A stretch of DNA of 28,656 bases from an uncultured Bifidobacteriales bacterium (GTDB taxonomy: Bacteria > Fibrobacterota > Fibrobacteria > UBA11236 > JADFYW01): assembly GCA_964557725.1 (NCBI GenBank), contig CAZLBO010000001.1:1-28656 (forward strand). Direction: 5' to 3'. The notes beneath the pieces were generated by a model. It saw only the letters and a program-made list of their open reading frames with translations. It made no database searches and had not been told where the DNA came from. The stretch's first letter is position 1; each line of letters opens with the position of its first letter. Positions 26,878 through 28,656 of the stretch are shown here, piece after piece. Made by a program: the position numbers and the translations under genes.

Positions 26878-27369
26878 TTATTCCATCTTCGCCACTAATT
26901 TTTTTAGCACTTTTTTATTGTCTATATACAAAGTTAAAAAAGCGATTCCTTTTAAAGACTTAAAACGTTCCCAACGCCCATCTTCCTCAAAAACATACTG
27001 TCCTTTCACTAAGTGGTTTTCAAAAAGCACACCTAAAAACTTCCCACTAAAATCATGAACCTCCAAACGAACAAACCCATTTTGAATAAGCTCTAACGTC
27101 AAGTTTTGTTTATTTCCTTGCCCCACTTTATATGTTAACACATTAAGATTTTTAATTTTTAATTTTTCAACTTTTACTTTGGAGTTTAAACGACCAGAAG
27201 TTTGAAAGTTCTCTTCAACTCTAACACTTACCTCTTGAGTGGTAACAGGTTCTGTCAAAAAAAGAATCAACTTTTGTTTGGGTTTCTCTTGTGCAACGGA
27301 AAGAACCACAAGAGTTAAACCCAACAGCCACCACACCCCATAAATGTTGTTTTTCTTTTTGTAGGCCAA
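26878..27369 (-). CDS. Small secreted protein with FlgD-Ig/T9SS-CTD-like C-terminal domain
   Basis: TTG start with AGGAGAG RBS; signal peptide; 'VRLEVHDFSGKFLGVLFENHLVKGQY...IAFLTLYIDNKKVLKKLV'; its stop directly abuts the next ATG. Confidence 0.75.
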   Translation of the reverse strand: MAYKKKNNIYGVWWLLGLTLVVLSVAQEKPKQKLILFLTEPVTTQEVSVRVEENFQTSGRLNSKVKVEKLKIKNLNVLTYKVGQGNKQNLTLELIQNGFVRLEVHDFSGKFLGVLFENHLVKGQYVFEEDGRWERFKSLKGIAFLTLYIDNKKVLKKLVAKME

Positions 27370-27552
27370 AGCCTCTCCTTATATTGGAAAAAATAATTTT
27401 TTCCTATTCCCCCAACCGCTAGAGGGTTCTCTTATAGTAGCTTATTTTATGCTTTTATGCTCGCTATCCAATGAAGCACCCGATTAGACACACGTTCCCT
27501 TTTTTTAAGGGCAATTTTATGCTTTTTCTTGGCTCAAGCCTTCCAATCAGTG

Positions 27553-27560
27553 TATATTTC
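27553..27560 (+). promoter_or_regulatory. Putative -10-like element TATATTTC
   Basis: Ends 28 nt before the ATG at 27588. Confidence 0.45.
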
Positions 27561-27587
27561 CCCTAATAACCCTTTTTTGCATCAAGT

Positions 27588-28656
27588 ATGACCACAAAAC
27601 CACAACACACTCTCTCTCTACCAAGGGTCTTTCGGTTTAAATACTTCCAAAGGATTCTGACCGGTTTACAGGTTTTAAGTGATTTAGCCAGTTTTTACTT
27701 TGGCTTTCTCCTCGCCTATTTCCTCTGGAGCAAGCTCGGCCCTTATCTTTCTATTGATATGTATGAAAAGCTACCCTTTGAGCGGTACAGTCTTTTATTT
27801 GGTTTAAGCACACTAACCCTTCTCATTGGTTTAGAAGTAAACAACTTATACCAACCGCAACGCAGCCTCCTTAATAGTAAAGAGTTTTTTCTTTTGTTTA
27901 AAACATGGATCCTCTCAGGTTTAATTACCCTAACTCTTCTCTACCTTTCTGATAAATACTTTAGCCGAGGAATGTTCCTTTTAACTTGGATGTTTCTGTT
28001 TTTCTTTCTTTTTATCAATCGATACATCTTTTTTAAATTCAGTACGCTTTTACGTTCATGGGGTTTTATTGAAACGACTGTTATCATTTACGGAGTGGGT
28101 TTTTTAGCGGAGGATCTCGTCCATAAAATTCAGCAGACCCCTAAACTTGGCTATCACATTGCTGGTATCGTCAAAGATCAATCACAGGAGGAAAGTTCTC
28201 CTGAACTTTTTATGGATCGATACCCTGTCTTAGGTTCTTTTTCCCAGCTGAAAAATATCATTCTTAAAACAAATGCTGAAAAGCTTTTTATTGCCCTAGC
28301 ACATTTACCTTCGACCAAAGTGATTAAAATTCTAAACATCTGCCGTTCCACAGGTTGTAAATTTCAAATCATCCCCTCTTTTTACGAAAGCTCCTTAGAA
28401 AAAACAGAAATCACAAATGTAGAGGGAATCCCCCTTATTGGTTACAAAGAGCCAACACTACCTTTTTCAAAAAGGGCGATTAAACTTTTTTTTGATTTAA
28501 CCCTAGGAACCTTTCTCCTCCTTTTAGGTTTCCCTCTTTTCCTTTTTACCGCTCTTACCCTTAAGCTCATCAAAAAAAGAAAGCTTTTTAAACGAACAAC
28601 AAAAGTAGGGTATAAAAAAAAGGCTTTTAGTCGACTCTCATTAAACATTCAAAACC
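27588..28656 (+). CDS. WcaJ/CpsE-like polyprenyl glycosylphosphotransferase (sugar transferase), truncated by the window edge
   Basis: Manually translated, stop-free for 356 codons to the edge (MTTKPQHTLSLPRVFRF...); four TM helices, CoA-binding-like domain 'VIIYGVG...LGYHIAGIV...PVLGS...EKLFIAL', linker 'EGIPLI', then 'IKLFFD'+TM. Not in the supplied ORF track. Confidence 0.88.
   Translation, partial: MTTKPQHTLSLPRVFRFKYFQRILTGLQVLSDLASFYFGFLLAYFLWSKLGPYLSIDMYEKLPFERYSLLFGLSTLTLLIGLEVNNLYQPQRSLLNSKEFFLLFKTWILSGLITLTLLYLSDKYFSRGMFLLTWMFLFFFLFINRYIFFKFSTLLRSWGFIETTVIIYGVGFLAEDLVHKIQQTPKLGYHIAGIVKDQSQEESSPELFMDRYPVLGSFSQLKNIILKTNAEKLFIALAHLPSTKVIKILNICRSTGCKFQIIPSFYESSLEKTEITNVEGIPLIGYKEPTLPFSKRAIKLFFDLTLGTFLLLLGFPLFLFTALTLKLIKKRKLFKRTTKVGYKKKAFSRLSLNIQN

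Noticed and set aside
2310-28648. Short track ORFs overlapping real genes (e.g. 2310-2516, 3309-3506, 5130-5357, 5578-5853, 6371-6604, 7091-7450, 8852-9055, 10043-10339, 11062-11343, 15032-15223, 16366-16590, 18113-19017 set, 21056-21421 set, 23172-23717 set, 26316-26507, 26837-27058, 28442-28648)
   Set aside because: Antisense or off-frame shadows of well-supported genes, with no RBS or domain evidence
1-28656. CRISPR array, tRNA/rRNA, IS element, prophage or defence system
   Set aside because: No regularly spaced repeats, no cloverleaf or T-loop signatures in intergenic DNA, and no transposase, integrase, phage or nuclease motifs

Overview
AT-rich bacterial chromosomal window with about 26 protein-coding genes. 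I found no rRNA, tRNA, CRISPR array, transposase, integrase or reverse transcriptase. A TIGR02147-type gene coupled to a lipoprotein, three secreted proteins with T9SS-like C-terminal tails and an FN3/FGE-fold surface protein suggest a Fibrobacterota or related FCB-group host; this is inference. Recognisable genes: AmtB, AsmA-like protein, ArsR regulator with a histone-like tail, orphan sugar-binding protein, HAD-IB hydrolase, DUF4954-like protein, Cys-type sulfatase, an Rrf2/methyltransferase/outer-membrane-protein cassette, Hsp20 plus site-2 protease, CCA-adding enzyme with HD domain, an orphan flagellar rod-like protein, and a WcaJ-like phosphoglycosyl transferase that runs off the right edge and is absent from the ORF track. 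The best non-coding signals are two sigma-54 promoters (amtB, hsp20), a recurring TATATT(T/A)N element 27-29 nt before several starts, a palindrome cluster upstream of the TIGR02147 operon and a CGTC-tagged REP-like palindrome. The best candidate for an undescribed system is the TIGR02147 regulator/lipoprotein module. The degenerate transferase domain and the sigma-54 Hsp20/S2P unit are also notable.
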